Below are positions 10,499 to 19,876 of a DNA stretch of 64,000 bases, one piece after another. Every line of letters begins with the position of its first letter. Within the stretch, counting starts at the first letter, position 1. Source of the stretch: an uncultured candidate division Zixibacteria bacterium (lineage in GTDB: Bacteria > Zixibacteria > MSB-5A5 > UBA10806 > 4484-95); assembly GCA_963668625.2 (NCBI GenBank), contig CAXXKA010000009.1, positions 23,462-87,461 on the forward strand, written 5' to 3'. The notes below the pieces were generated by a model. It saw only the letters and a list, made by a program, of their open reading frames with translations. It was not told where the DNA came from and searched no databases. Both the position numbers and the translations under genes were made by a program.

Positions 10499-10810
10499 AA
10501 TTCCTCACTAAAGCCCTCATAATATCCGCCCGAATAATCAAAGTCAAGCGAATTAATCGATATATATTTACCATTTGCCCCGACTTAATTTAGCTAAAAC
10601 ATAAGTCCGAAAACAAGTTATATTTTGCTACGGATAATGGAGCAGAAAATATCGCTACGTTTTTTCACGCCATCGAACAACCCGACACGATCAAATCATA
10701 ATAAAAAAATATAACAATCCTAACTTAACTCATTCAAGTATAACATCTTGATAATTATCGCCGAATATCGGTTAATTAGTTGGGCAAGATATTGAACGAT
10801 AATACCGCTA

Positions 10811-11650
10811 TTATGTCGTTGAAGTTTTTTCGTTTTCTTTTTGAAAATTGCGACCATGTTTTAAATAAAACACGAATCCCGCCACGGTCGAGGCCAGAAA
10901 AGCTATTAATAGAGCCGCTATAGCATCGAGCAGGTAATGGTAGCGAAGATATATTCCCCCCCAGAAAACGGTGGTTAATATAATGAATGAAATAATGATG
11001 AAGGTTTTGCCATAGTCCCAGAGGTAATACGATGAAATAGTCAAAATACAGAAATATAACGAGGGGAACGCCCCCACTCCCGGGGTTAATATCTTGAGGA
11101 TAAATGGAATCACCAGCGAGAATTTCGGCCCGTAAATATTCAGATAATAATAATCCTCGAGCACTCTCCCCGGCCCCATTACCGGGAATACCGAGATTAC
11201 TGTCAGGCAAATCAAGCTGCCCAGAACGATCGCAAATATGAAATTCTCGAAAACATCTATAAGAGCTTTGCGATAAAAAAAGTAGATCGCGAATAATAGC
11301 AAAATAATCCCCATGAAATACATCAGATAGCTGGCCTCGTTAAGCCAGACCTCCATGACTCTTTGAAGAGCAAATGTCGGGTAAATACCCAGAACCGAGC
11401 TTTCCAGATTATAGAACAGGTAATCATAAGTGTTGAAATTCAATATCATAATTTGCGTATCGATAATACGATAGAACACGTAAATCAACGCCAGTGGTAA
11501 TGTATGCTTGGCGAAATGAAACATAGACGGCCTCTGCCCCGGTTTGATAATAGCCAGAAGAAGGACAAGCATCGCCGAACCCAGATAAATAACGGGTAAA
11601 AACAGATGCGCCAAGCCTTTAAATACTATCAGTAATACTATCTGTACCAA
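10811..11650 (-). CDS. PAP2/Aur1-like membrane phosphoesterase (start uncertain)
   Basis: Multi-TM; FPVMGP, GAFPSLY and LRYHYLLD motifs. Confidence 0.7.
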   Translation of the reverse strand: MVQIVLLIVFKGLAHLFLPVIYLGSAMLVLLLAIIKPGQRPSMFHFAKHTLPLALIYVFYRIIDTQIMILNFNTYDYLFYNLESSVLGIYPTFALQRVMEVWLNEASYLMYFMGIILLLFAIYFFYRKALIDVFENFIFAIVLGSLICLTVISVFPVMGPGRVLEDYYYLNIYGPKFSLVIPFILKILTPGVGAFPSLYFCILTISSYYLWDYGKTFIIISFIILTTVFWGGIYLRYHYLLDAIAALLIAFLASTVAGFVFYLKHGRNFQKENEKTSTT

Positions 11651-11716
11651 TATATAGATAAGTAACAGTATATCATTGATATTTAGTTTAAAATTAAAGA
11701 TACCTTCAAAACCTTT

Positions 11717-12397
11717 CTAATTGCCCGCCACTACGATTACGATTTCTCCTTTAACGGTCTTTTCGGAAAAAATTTCGATCAATTCGGATAAGCCGCCATG
11801 ATAATGGCTCTCGAATTTTTTGGTCAATTCCCGGCCAACGAATGCTTGTCTATCGCCTAATTCCTCATGCATCAAATGCAACGTTTTCAACAAACGATAT
11901 GGTGATTCGAAAAAAACCAGCGTCCTTCTTTCGTCGGTCAGTTCTTTCAAGCGTCTTTTCACCTTGCCTTTGGTTCTGGGTAGAAACCCCTCGAAACAAA
12001 ACCTGTCGGTCGGCAGCCCCGAAACCACCAGCCCCGCCAGCATCGAGGAGGCTCCGGGAATAGGGATGACCTCGATTTCGTGCTGGAGACATTCGCGTAC
12101 CAGGTAAAAACCGGGATCGGATATCCCCGGCGTGCCGGCATCCGAGACGACCGCTAAATCCCGCCCCTCAAGTATTTGATCGACCAGCCTCTGCGTAACT
12201 TTCTCTTTATTATGGTCGTGATAGGGTATTTGTTTCGTTTCGATTCCGTATCGGCTCAACAATTGTCCCGTGTGACGGGTATCCTCGGCGGCAATCAGGT
12301 CTACCGATTGCAATATCTCAACCGCCCGATAGGTGATATCGGCCATATTGCCAATAGGCGTTGCCACGACATAAAGCTTACCGTAATCCAAATTCAA
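11717..12397 (-). CDS. rsmI: 16S rRNA C1402 2'-O-methyltransferase
   Basis: LYVVATPIGN, AEDTR, VSDAGTPGISDPG, FEGFLP, ESPYR, RELTK. Confidence 0.96.
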   Translation of the reverse strand: MNLDYGKLYVVATPIGNMADITYRAVEILQSVDLIAAEDTRHTGQLLSRYGIETKQIPYHDHNKEKVTQRLVDQILEGRDLAVVSDAGTPGISDPGFYLVRECLQHEIEVIPIPGASSMLAGLVVSGLPTDRFCFEGFLPRTKGKVKRRLKELTDERRTLVFFESPYRLLKTLHLMHEELGDRQAFVGRELTKKFESHYHGGLSELIEIFSEKTVKGEIVIVVAGN

Positions 12398-12465
12398 TCC
12401 TCATGGAAATAGTTAATGACATCATTATATATGTCAAAACGAGGTGTAAAGACAAATAAAAGATT

Positions 12466-13257
12466 TTATTCAGGCAGCTCGGCAATTACTGTCGGGCTGG
12501 CCTTGAATCTATTTTTCGCGATCGTGGTTTTGATATGCTCGATTATATCGGGGGTAAATCCGAGTTCGATTAATTTATCATCACCGTAATGGCAATCATC
12601 ATAGTAATACAGAAATGTATCCAATAATTCGTAGCTGATCCCCAGTTCTCCCTCATCGGTTTGCCCCGCCCATAAATCCGCGGATGGAGGTTTGGTTATT
12701 ATATTTTCCGGTATGCCCAAATATTTTGCTAATTGACGGATCTGGGTTTTGTAAAGATTGCCCAGCGGATTCATTGCGCAGGCAAGATCTCCGAACAGGG
12801 TACCATACCCCATCATGATCTCCGACTTATTAGAGGTGCCGATTACCAGCGCGCCGAGTTCGGCCGAGATATCGTAAAGTACGCTCATACGTTCACGGGC
12901 CATTTTGTTGCCGCGACGGTTGTTGTCATCCGTGGGGTGAGCCTCGAAATAAGCATCCACCATGGGCGATATATCCACCACCCGTTTTGCGAAACCGAGT
13001 TTATCGATAATTATTCCGGCATCACTGATATTTTCGTAATTGGAGGTTTTATAAGGCAGAATCACGCCGGTTACATTACTAGCTCCGATAGCCTTTTCGG
13101 CTAAAAACGCTGAGACAGCCGAATCGATACCACCTGAAACGCCCAGTACCAGTTTGGAAAACCCGGTTTTATTCAGGTTATCGCGGATAAAACCAACCAG
13201 ATAATTCGTGATTTTTTCCTCGTTTATCTTTATGCCGTCAGGAGAATCTATTTTCAT
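12466..13257 (-). CDS. nadE: NH3-dependent NAD+ synthetase
   Basis: GVSGGIDSA, NKMARERM, GTSNKSE, PPSADLWAGQTDE. Confidence 0.95.
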   Translation of the reverse strand: MKIDSPDGIKINEEKITNYLVGFIRDNLNKTGFSKLVLGVSGGIDSAVSAFLAEKAIGASNVTGVILPYKTSNYENISDAGIIIDKLGFAKRVVDISPMVDAYFEAHPTDDNNRRGNKMARERMSVLYDISAELGALVIGTSNKSEIMMGYGTLFGDLACAMNPLGNLYKTQIRQLAKYLGIPENIITKPPSADLWAGQTDEGELGISYELLDTFLYYYDDCHYGDDKLIELGFTPDIIEHIKTTIAKNRFKASPTVIAELPE

Positions 13258-13451
13258 TTTATTGTCCTTTCAAATCTATCTTCCCAAACTGTATAAGTAG
13301 ATCAAAAGTAGCAGGCTTAAAAAGAATTATCAAGAACAAATAAGAATTATTAATAAATCCGCTAATTATGAATATAATTATCATAATAGGATTGACATTG
13401 TAGCCTTCAACCGGTATGTTTAGCAAAATCAGCTTACAGATTGGAGGAGAA

Positions 13452-13877
13452 ATGGCATCCGTAAACAAAGTGATCTTGATTGGAAATTTAGGCAAAGACC
13501 CGGAAATTAGATATACACCTTCAGGACAAGCAGTAGCAACATTCTCGATGGCCACCACCAGAAAATGGCGCGATAAGGAAGGCAACCCTCAGGAGCAAAC
13601 CGACTGGCATAATATTGTCGTTTGGGGCAGACAAGCCGAAAACGCCAACCAGTACCTTAAAAAAGGCAGTCCGGTTTTCATCGAGGGTCGCATTCAAACC
13701 AGAAATTATGATGATAAAGAGGGCCAGAAACGCTGGATCACCGAGATTGTCTGCCTGAGCATGCAGTTTTTGGGCAGAGCCGGCGATAGTGGCGGCGCAA
13801 GCTCGAGTCCTGCTCCGCAACCACAGGAAGCTCCTCCGGATATCACCGGCGGCGATGATGATGATCTGCCGTTCTAA
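13452..13877 (+). CDS. ssb: Single-stranded DNA-binding protein
   Basis: MASVNKVILIGNLGKDPE, C-terminal DDDLPF; GGAG SD before ATG 13452. Confidence 0.97.
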   Translation: MASVNKVILIGNLGKDPEIRYTPSGQAVATFSMATTRKWRDKEGNPQEQTDWHNIVVWGRQAENANQYLKKGSPVFIEGRIQTRNYDDKEGQKRWITEIVCLSMQFLGRAGDSGGASSSPAPQPQEAPPDITGGDDDDLPF

Positions 13878-13973
13878 ATATCCCGGAACGCAATCGTTAA
13901 GCTATCATTTATATTCACTTTGCAATCAGTATATATTTGCAGATAGTGAGTAAAACGCATTTTGGAGGATTTC

Positions 13974-14408
13974 ATGCCAGAGGCAAAAGACGGCGATAAA
14001 GTAAAAATTCATTATACCGGTAAAGTTGAAAACGGCGAGCAGTTCGACAGTACGATTGGCGGCGAGCCGCTCGAGGTAAATATCGGCACTGCCGGTATTT
14101 TTCCGGCGGTGGAACAAAGCCTTATCGGCATGAAACCCGGCGATAAAAAGACCATAACGCTTCATCCCGACCAGGCTTTCGGCGGCCATCTGGAGGCGAT
14201 GGTGCTGGTTATTGATGATGAAGTGCTGCCCCCTGATTGCCCCCGCGAGGTAGGTACCCGTCTGAAAAACAAGCAGCCTAACGGGCGCATGGTGGATGTT
14301 ATGATTACCAAAGTCGAAGGCAATCAGGTCACGCTGGATGCCAACCATCCACTGGCCGGCAGGACCCTGACCGTGGATTTAGAGCTGGTAGAGATAGTTT
14401 CCGAATAA
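13974..14408 (+). CDS. FKBP-type peptidyl-prolyl isomerase (SlyD/FkpB-like)
   Basis: VKIHYTG, FDST, GMKPGD, LDANHPLAG. Confidence 0.92.
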   Translation: MPEAKDGDKVKIHYTGKVENGEQFDSTIGGEPLEVNIGTAGIFPAVEQSLIGMKPGDKKTITLHPDQAFGGHLEAMVLVIDDEVLPPDCPREVGTRLKNKQPNGRMVDVMITKVEGNQVTLDANHPLAGRTLTVDLELVEIVSE

Positions 14409-14613
14409 TATTAGATGATATAGGTTTACGGGAATAATCCGTCGCTTTTTCAGCAAGTCGATATTCTAATATAATGCCTCTGCAACTTATTGTGGATTAT
14501 CACTACTGTGTAATTTGGAACTAATACATTACCTTTAGATAAGAATATAAAATGCTGGCATTTATCGAAATTAAATATATATTAAACCAATCTTTCAAAA
14601 ATGTAACTAAGTA

Positions 14614-15105
14614 ATGAAAGGTGTGGGCAAAGGTTTAAAAAGAACAACTATGAACCATCATGAAAGCAACAATGGAATGCAAAACGTTTTCACCAAATTA
14701 GTTACAATCCTGCTATTCGTATTAATCTCCGCCTCGGTATTATCCGCCTGCGAAATATATTTCAGCGTGATCGGCGAGGAAAAAGAGACCTACGAAGCCG
14801 GAGATGAGATAGTCGTGTTAATGGAGGTCAAATTCACGCATCGCGTATGCCCCGAGGGAATCGAGAATACTGATTTCGCAACCGATGGTATCGATATTTT
14901 AGCCGCCACCAAATGGAAAGAACCCTCTCCTAATGTCTGGAAACGCAAGCTCAAATTGAAAGTTGAGGGCAACGAAAAAGGCAAGATAATGCTTTCGGCG
15001 ACACGCACTTGCGACAAAGAAGGCGGTTTCGGAGCGATAGATTTTAAAACCACGCCGTTGAATGTAGCCACAAAAGGAACTGCCGCCCAGGCGGATAAGA
15101 ACTAA
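14614..15105 (+). CDS. Secreted hypothetical protein, first gene of the Fe-S operon (start may be a later ATG)
   Basis: Hydrophobic signal segment ending VLSA/C; beta-rich mature part with 3 Cys and a Lys-rich strand. Confidence 0.7.
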   Translation: MKGVGKGLKRTTMNHHESNNGMQNVFTKLVTILLFVLISASVLSACEIYFSVIGEEKETYEAGDEIVVLMEVKFTHRVCPEGIENTDFATDGIDILAATKWKEPSPNVWKRKLKLKVEGNEKGKIMLSATRTCDKEGGFGAIDFKTTPLNVATKGTAAQADKN

Positions 15106-15116
15106 TCACATAAATT

Positions 15117-16259
15117 ATGCGATTTACTCCAAGGCGTACTACAAACCAGAGCAACCTGATTCTTTTCTCGATAATTTTCATCATATTTTTTATCTCACCG
15201 TCGCTCACGAGTCACATTTGTGCAGAGCAAACGGTTGAGGTTACCGAGACGTCCGAGGATGAATTCGAGGAATTCACCGAGGATGACCGATTAGAGGAAT
15301 TTAGCGATGATGATGAGTTCGAGGAATTCGATGAGACGAAGGAGAAATCGGGTAATTTAGATTGTGCGAGCAATCCCAACTCCTGCTCCGGCTGCGGTCC
15401 CGGGGTTAAAAGCCGCGAACAGATGTACCTTAAAAAAGCGCTTGACTGGACACTGGGTATACTGGGATTCACACTTTTAACCGGCGTGCTGGTTCGTTTC
15501 AGGTCGCTTCGTAACCTGAGGGGTTTTTTCCTGATCGGCTCGATCTCTATTTTAGGTTTTTACAAAGGCGCTTGCCCCTGCCCTATCTCGAGTTTTTCGA
15601 ACCTGTTTCTGGCGGGTTTCGGTGTCGATATCCCCTGGCAACACCTGGTGTGGTTTTTGGGCTTGATACCTATCACCTACCTGGTAGGCAAAGTCTGGTG
15701 TGGCTGGATATGCCATCTCGGGGCGCTGCAAGAGGTGCTTTTCATACCGGGACGGTTGAACGTTTTTAAAGGCGACCGCGCCCAACGTATCATGAAAATT
15801 TTCAGATGGCTGTTACTGGCCACGCTCATCACACAGCTTCTAATCACGAAAACATACATGTTCGATAAAATCGATCCGTTCCGGGTGGCGTTCAACCTTC
15901 TCTCGATAAACACCACCGGCTGGATTCTCCTGGGTCTGTTAATAATAAGCTCGCTTTTTATCTATCGCCCGTTCTGCCGCTCTGCCTGTCCTATCGGGCT
16001 GGTTCTCGGTTGGGTATCGAATATCCCCGGAGCCTCGATAATCGGCGTAAAAGGCGAATGCCGCAACTGCAAAGTCTGCAGCAACGCTTGTAAGGTAGAT
16101 GCTATCCATCGATACGAGAAATACAGCCTTCTGGATAATAAGGAATGCATAGCTTGCGGCGACTGTCTCGATACTTGTCCCAAAAAAGGGCTGGCTTTCG
16201 TGCGCAGCGGTAAAACTCATAAATCGGTAGTTAAGTATGAAAATACGGACGCTCGTTAA
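15117..16259 (+). CDS. NapH/MauN/NosR-like membrane 4Fe-4S protein
   Basis: Multi-TM; CPCP, WCGWICHLG and RPFCRSACP motifs; C-terminal CRNCKVCSNAC and CIACGDCLDTCP; N-terminal acidic repeat. Confidence 0.85.
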   Translation: MRFTPRRTTNQSNLILFSIIFIIFFISPSLTSHICAEQTVEVTETSEDEFEEFTEDDRLEEFSDDDEFEEFDETKEKSGNLDCASNPNSCSGCGPGVKSREQMYLKKALDWTLGILGFTLLTGVLVRFRSLRNLRGFFLIGSISILGFYKGACPCPISSFSNLFLAGFGVDIPWQHLVWFLGLIPITYLVGKVWCGWICHLGALQEVLFIPGRLNVFKGDRAQRIMKIFRWLLLATLITQLLITKTYMFDKIDPFRVAFNLLSINTTGWILLGLLIISSLFIYRPFCRSACPIGLVLGWVSNIPGASIIGVKGECRNCKVCSNACKVDAIHRYEKYSLLDNKECIACGDCLDTCPKKGLAFVRSGKTHKSVVKYENTDAR

Positions 16260-17613
16260 TCTTATAATACTATTAACATTCGTTACCCTGGCAAAACCGG
16301 TTTCGGCGCAATGGACATGCCGCACCAAGCTGCCGGCGTATCTAAAACCGATATACGACACGGTTCCCATTTACTGGGCGGCCGAGATAACACTCGCTCC
16401 GGGCAGGCTGGAAAGCCGGGATATAATCAACACACAGGCATTCTTAGGTTTGGATTTCACCAAAGGAAAACATCAGTTGTACGCCGAGGGCGGCTGGAAA
16501 ATGTGGCGCACCAGAGAGGATGGCCAGGAATACGACAAAAACAGGTTCGGGCCACGCGAGCTTTATTACCGTTACGGTGGAAATCAAGTTTCGTTGATAG
16601 CCGGCTTTCATTCGATGACCGCCGGTGATAATTTCCTGATTAGCGAAAAGGCCTCGGGGATGAGTTTCGATTACGCTACCGGCAAGTTCAAATTAAAAGC
16701 CAGGTTCGCCTCGGTCGATAAAGATTACTCGCGTTACGGCACGTTCTGCAGTGTGCGTTATATATATGATGTCCTCCCGCATCGAAAGCTTACATTACCC
16801 GGTGATAAATTCGGAGATACGAATTTCGGTAGTGTCGTGCTATCGTTTATACCATCGCAAAAAATACGAAAGCCAGAAAAGAAAAGTCAGCCAGAAAACG
16901 ATCTGAATGAAACCGATGAGTTCGAGGATTTTTCAGAGGATGACGAGTTCGATGAATTCACTGAAACGAATGAGTTCGACGAATTCCTGGAGAGCGATGA
17001 ATTCGAGGTTATCGATCAATCTAAAAATAAAAAAGACGATGGCCTCGGAGTCGACCTCTCGATACGGGAGTTCGGCCTGGTAGTCTACTCGCAATTCGGG
17101 CAGGACAATCGATACGAGGCGAAATATGCCGGGCTTATACTTAATTTCAGTATCTCGAACTCGCTCGATTTCAACAACGAACTTTTATTTCAATCGGACA
17201 GTGATAAAAAAGCTTTGATATTCTGCAATGAAGCGGCCTATGCGCATATCTGGGGCTCCGGCAGCCGAACCGAGTTTTCGGTTAAGTATTACGGCCGGGA
17301 GAAAATCGATGACGGGGCACAGGTGATGCTCGCCAATACCAATCTGTTTATCGGCGAGTTGGCCCGTCTTGATGCTGTCGATATGCCGCTGTTACAAACG
17401 GCGTTCAAGCATAATTTCCCGAAAATCCAGACGCATATAAAATTACAATACGCTACGCAATTCGAGTTCGATCATATAAAAGAATACAATCTGGCAATCG
17501 GTAAGACGTTTTTCGGCCATGCCAAGCTGACCGGCATGTATAGCATTCTCGAGGCGAATTCAATAGATGATACTTATCGGATGGTACGGTTAGAACTCCG
17601 GATGACTTTTTAG
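16237..17613 (+). CDS. Probable outer-membrane beta-barrel protein
   Basis: Sec signal (VSA|Q), alternating amphipathic strands, C-terminal MVRLELRMTF beta-signal; overlaps the upstream gene. Confidence 0.65.
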   Translation: MKIRTLVNLIILLTFVTLAKPVSAQWTCRTKLPAYLKPIYDTVPIYWAAEITLAPGRLESRDIINTQAFLGLDFTKGKHQLYAEGGWKMWRTREDGQEYDKNRFGPRELYYRYGGNQVSLIAGFHSMTAGDNFLISEKASGMSFDYATGKFKLKARFASVDKDYSRYGTFCSVRYIYDVLPHRKLTLPGDKFGDTNFGSVVLSFIPSQKIRKPEKKSQPENDLNETDEFEDFSEDDEFDEFTETNEFDEFLESDEFEVIDQSKNKKDDGLGVDLSIREFGLVVYSQFGQDNRYEAKYAGLILNFSISNSLDFNNELLFQSDSDKKALIFCNEAAYAHIWGSGSRTEFSVKYYGREKIDDGAQVMLANTNLFIGELARLDAVDMPLLQTAFKHNFPKIQTHIKLQYATQFEFDHIKEYNLAIGKTFFGHAKLTGMYSILEANSIDDTYRMVRLELRMTF

Positions 17614-17645
17614 GATTCGAGAATGAAAGTTTCGCGGGAGATATC

Positions 17646-19643
17646 ATGAAACATACGATAGATAAAGACAGGCGCAAATTCGTAAAGCAAGCCTCGGTCG
17701 CGACTTTAGGCGGAGCGCTTACTACCCTGTTCCCTGTTCTCTCCGGCTGCAGCCTGGAACCGTACGGAACCTACGAGATCGTACAATCGAAATGTATCGG
17801 TTGCGGTGAATGCCTGCCGTTTTGCAATCAGGATGCTATCGAGCTGCCGCGAAAATCAATCTACACTATCGTATCCGAAAACTGCCGCGAATGCCGTGAC
17901 TGCGTTCCCACCTGCGATCAAAACGCTATCGAGGTTGCCGCCGTGTTGTACGGTATCATCCTGCAGGATTGCGTAGAGTGCGGCGACTGCGTAACTATCT
18001 GTCCAGATGAGGCTATAGAGATCGCTATCATACGATTCCTGATCGATCAGGAACTCTGCCGGGATTGCGGACAGTGCGTTCCGGTCTGCCCCGAAAGCGC
18101 CATCGAGATATCCGTGGTCAATCATATAATAAACGGCGAAACCTGCCGGGATTGCGGCCAATGCTTGAACAAGTGCGAGGATGAGGCTATCGATATATCG
18201 GTGATCGATCACGAAATCGATACCCAAAACTGCCGGAACTGCGGCCAGTGTCTGACACTATGCGAGCAGTCGGCAATAGATATCTCGGTGATAAACCATC
18301 GCATAAACACCACCAACTGCAGAAACTGCGGTCAATGTGACAGCTTGTGCGAGCAAAACGCCATCGAAATATCGGTTATCGATCATGCTATCGATACCGA
18401 AACCTGCCGGGATTGCGGCCAATGCGTACCCCTGTGCGAGCAGGATGCGTTCGAGATATCGGTGATAGATTACGCCATAATTACCAACTATTGTGTGGGC
18501 TGCGGAGACTGTATAGATATATGCCGGCTCGAGGGCAGCGATTGCATATCCTATATCGGGGGAATCGATTACTATCGCGTATCATCAAACTGCCATTGCA
18601 ATCCGCGATGGTGCAGGAGCGCCTGTCCCGAGGGCGCTATAACGATCGTTAGCGGGCGCGCAGTAATTAACCATGAGCTGTGCACACGATGCGGCGCCTG
18701 CGCGGATGCCTGCCCGTATGATTATATCACTCCCTGCCGGGTTCAATTGGATGAGGATGCTTGCGTACATTGCAGTGGATGTTTCACGGCCTGTGGCGAG
18801 GGCGCTGTCAGACGGAATATCCCCTCCGATCATCACGACCCGCGTATCAATTCCGAAAGATGTAATAACTGTGGCGATTGTATTACCGAGGAGTTCTGTC
18901 AATTCACCGCCATTGAGGAGGTCGTGCCGCAAAACCATCACGATCCCGTTATAAACCTGGATTCGTGCAATAATTGCGGCGACTGCCTGACCGAAAGTTT
19001 CTGCCAGTATAACGCGATAGAACAGGATATACCATCCAACTATCATGACCCGGCTATAGATCATGAGCTATGCAATAATTGCGGCGACTGCCTGACCGAA
19101 AGTTTCTGCCAGTACGGCTCTATCGTAACGGATGTCCCGGATGATTATCATGAGCCCTCGATAAACAGCGAGCTTTGTACCAACTGCAATGATTGCGTAC
19201 TGGAAAATTATTGCGAATACGGCGCAATCGAAAGAGATGTCCCCGAGGAATATCACGAACCCGTGATCAACACCGAGCCATGTAACAATTGCGGAATATG
19301 CCTGACAGAGAATGCCTGCGAGTACGGCGCTATCGAAAAGCATTTCCCGGAGGAATATCACGATCCGCGAATTGACACGGACAAATGCAGCTTATGCGGT
19401 GATTGTCTCGAGGAATACGAATGCCCTTACGCAGCGATCGAGAAACAGTTGCCGGAGGATTACGCACCGCCGAGAATCAACAGCCAATCGTGCACCAGTT
19501 GCGGCGACTGCTCCGAGTCGTGCCCAGAGGACTATGATGCTATAGATATCGAACTATTCAAGGCTGAGATAAACACCGATAATTGTACTAAATGCGGCAA
19601 ATGTGAAACTCATTGTCGTTTCGATGCCATAGTTGAGGATTAA
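17646..19643 (+). CDS. Tat-exported lipoprotein polyferredoxin with 20 Cys4 ferredoxin motifs
   Basis: DRRKFVK Tat motif, LSGC lipobox at Cys35, 19 CxxCxxC-x3/x5-C motifs plus one variant (CHCNPRWCRSAC); GGAG SD. Confidence 0.9.
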   Translation: MKHTIDKDRRKFVKQASVATLGGALTTLFPVLSGCSLEPYGTYEIVQSKCIGCGECLPFCNQDAIELPRKSIYTIVSENCRECRDCVPTCDQNAIEVAAVLYGIILQDCVECGDCVTICPDEAIEIAIIRFLIDQELCRDCGQCVPVCPESAIEISVVNHIINGETCRDCGQCLNKCEDEAIDISVIDHEIDTQNCRNCGQCLTLCEQSAIDISVINHRINTTNCRNCGQCDSLCEQNAIEISVIDHAIDTETCRDCGQCVPLCEQDAFEISVIDYAIITNYCVGCGDCIDICRLEGSDCISYIGGIDYYRVSSNCHCNPRWCRSACPEGAITIVSGRAVINHELCTRCGACADACPYDYITPCRVQLDEDACVHCSGCFTACGEGAVRRNIPSDHHDPRINSERCNNCGDCITEEFCQFTAIEEVVPQNHHDPVINLDSCNNCGDCLTESFCQYNAIEQDIPSNYHDPAIDHELCNNCGDCLTESFCQYGSIVTDVPDDYHEPSINSELCTNCNDCVLENYCEYGAIERDVPEEYHEPVINTEPCNNCGICLTENACEYGAIEKHFPEEYHDPRIDTDKCSLCGDCLEEYECPYAAIEKQLPEDYAPPRINSQSCTSCGDCSESCPEDYDAIDIELFKAEINTDNCTKCGKCETHCRFDAIVED

Positions 19644-19876
19644 GCGGCAGCATCTGATTTAAAACTTTTTATCCGTATCGCCTAAGTATACCTCAAAACT
19701 TTTAAGCTCATTCATAACCAGCTCAGGAATCATTGAAATTTCTTGCCGGAAATGCCAATAAATAATATATTTTACATTATGGTTCGGGGATACTCTGGAT
19801 TTCGGATATTTACTCAGGTGATGAAATTATATAGTCGTTAGCTATAACTTGATTATAGATACCTAGAAGAGGCGAT

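Noticed and set aside
11651-11719. Genome-wide stop-codon recoding (Pyl/Sec or alternative code)
   Set aside because: Only one in-frame TAG junction; rsmI ends at a normal position and other genes translate fully with code 11.
17646-19643. Multiheme cytochrome or metallothionein reading of the Cys-rich protein
   Set aside because: No CxxCH motifs; spacing is ferredoxin-type with the typical AI after the fourth Cys.
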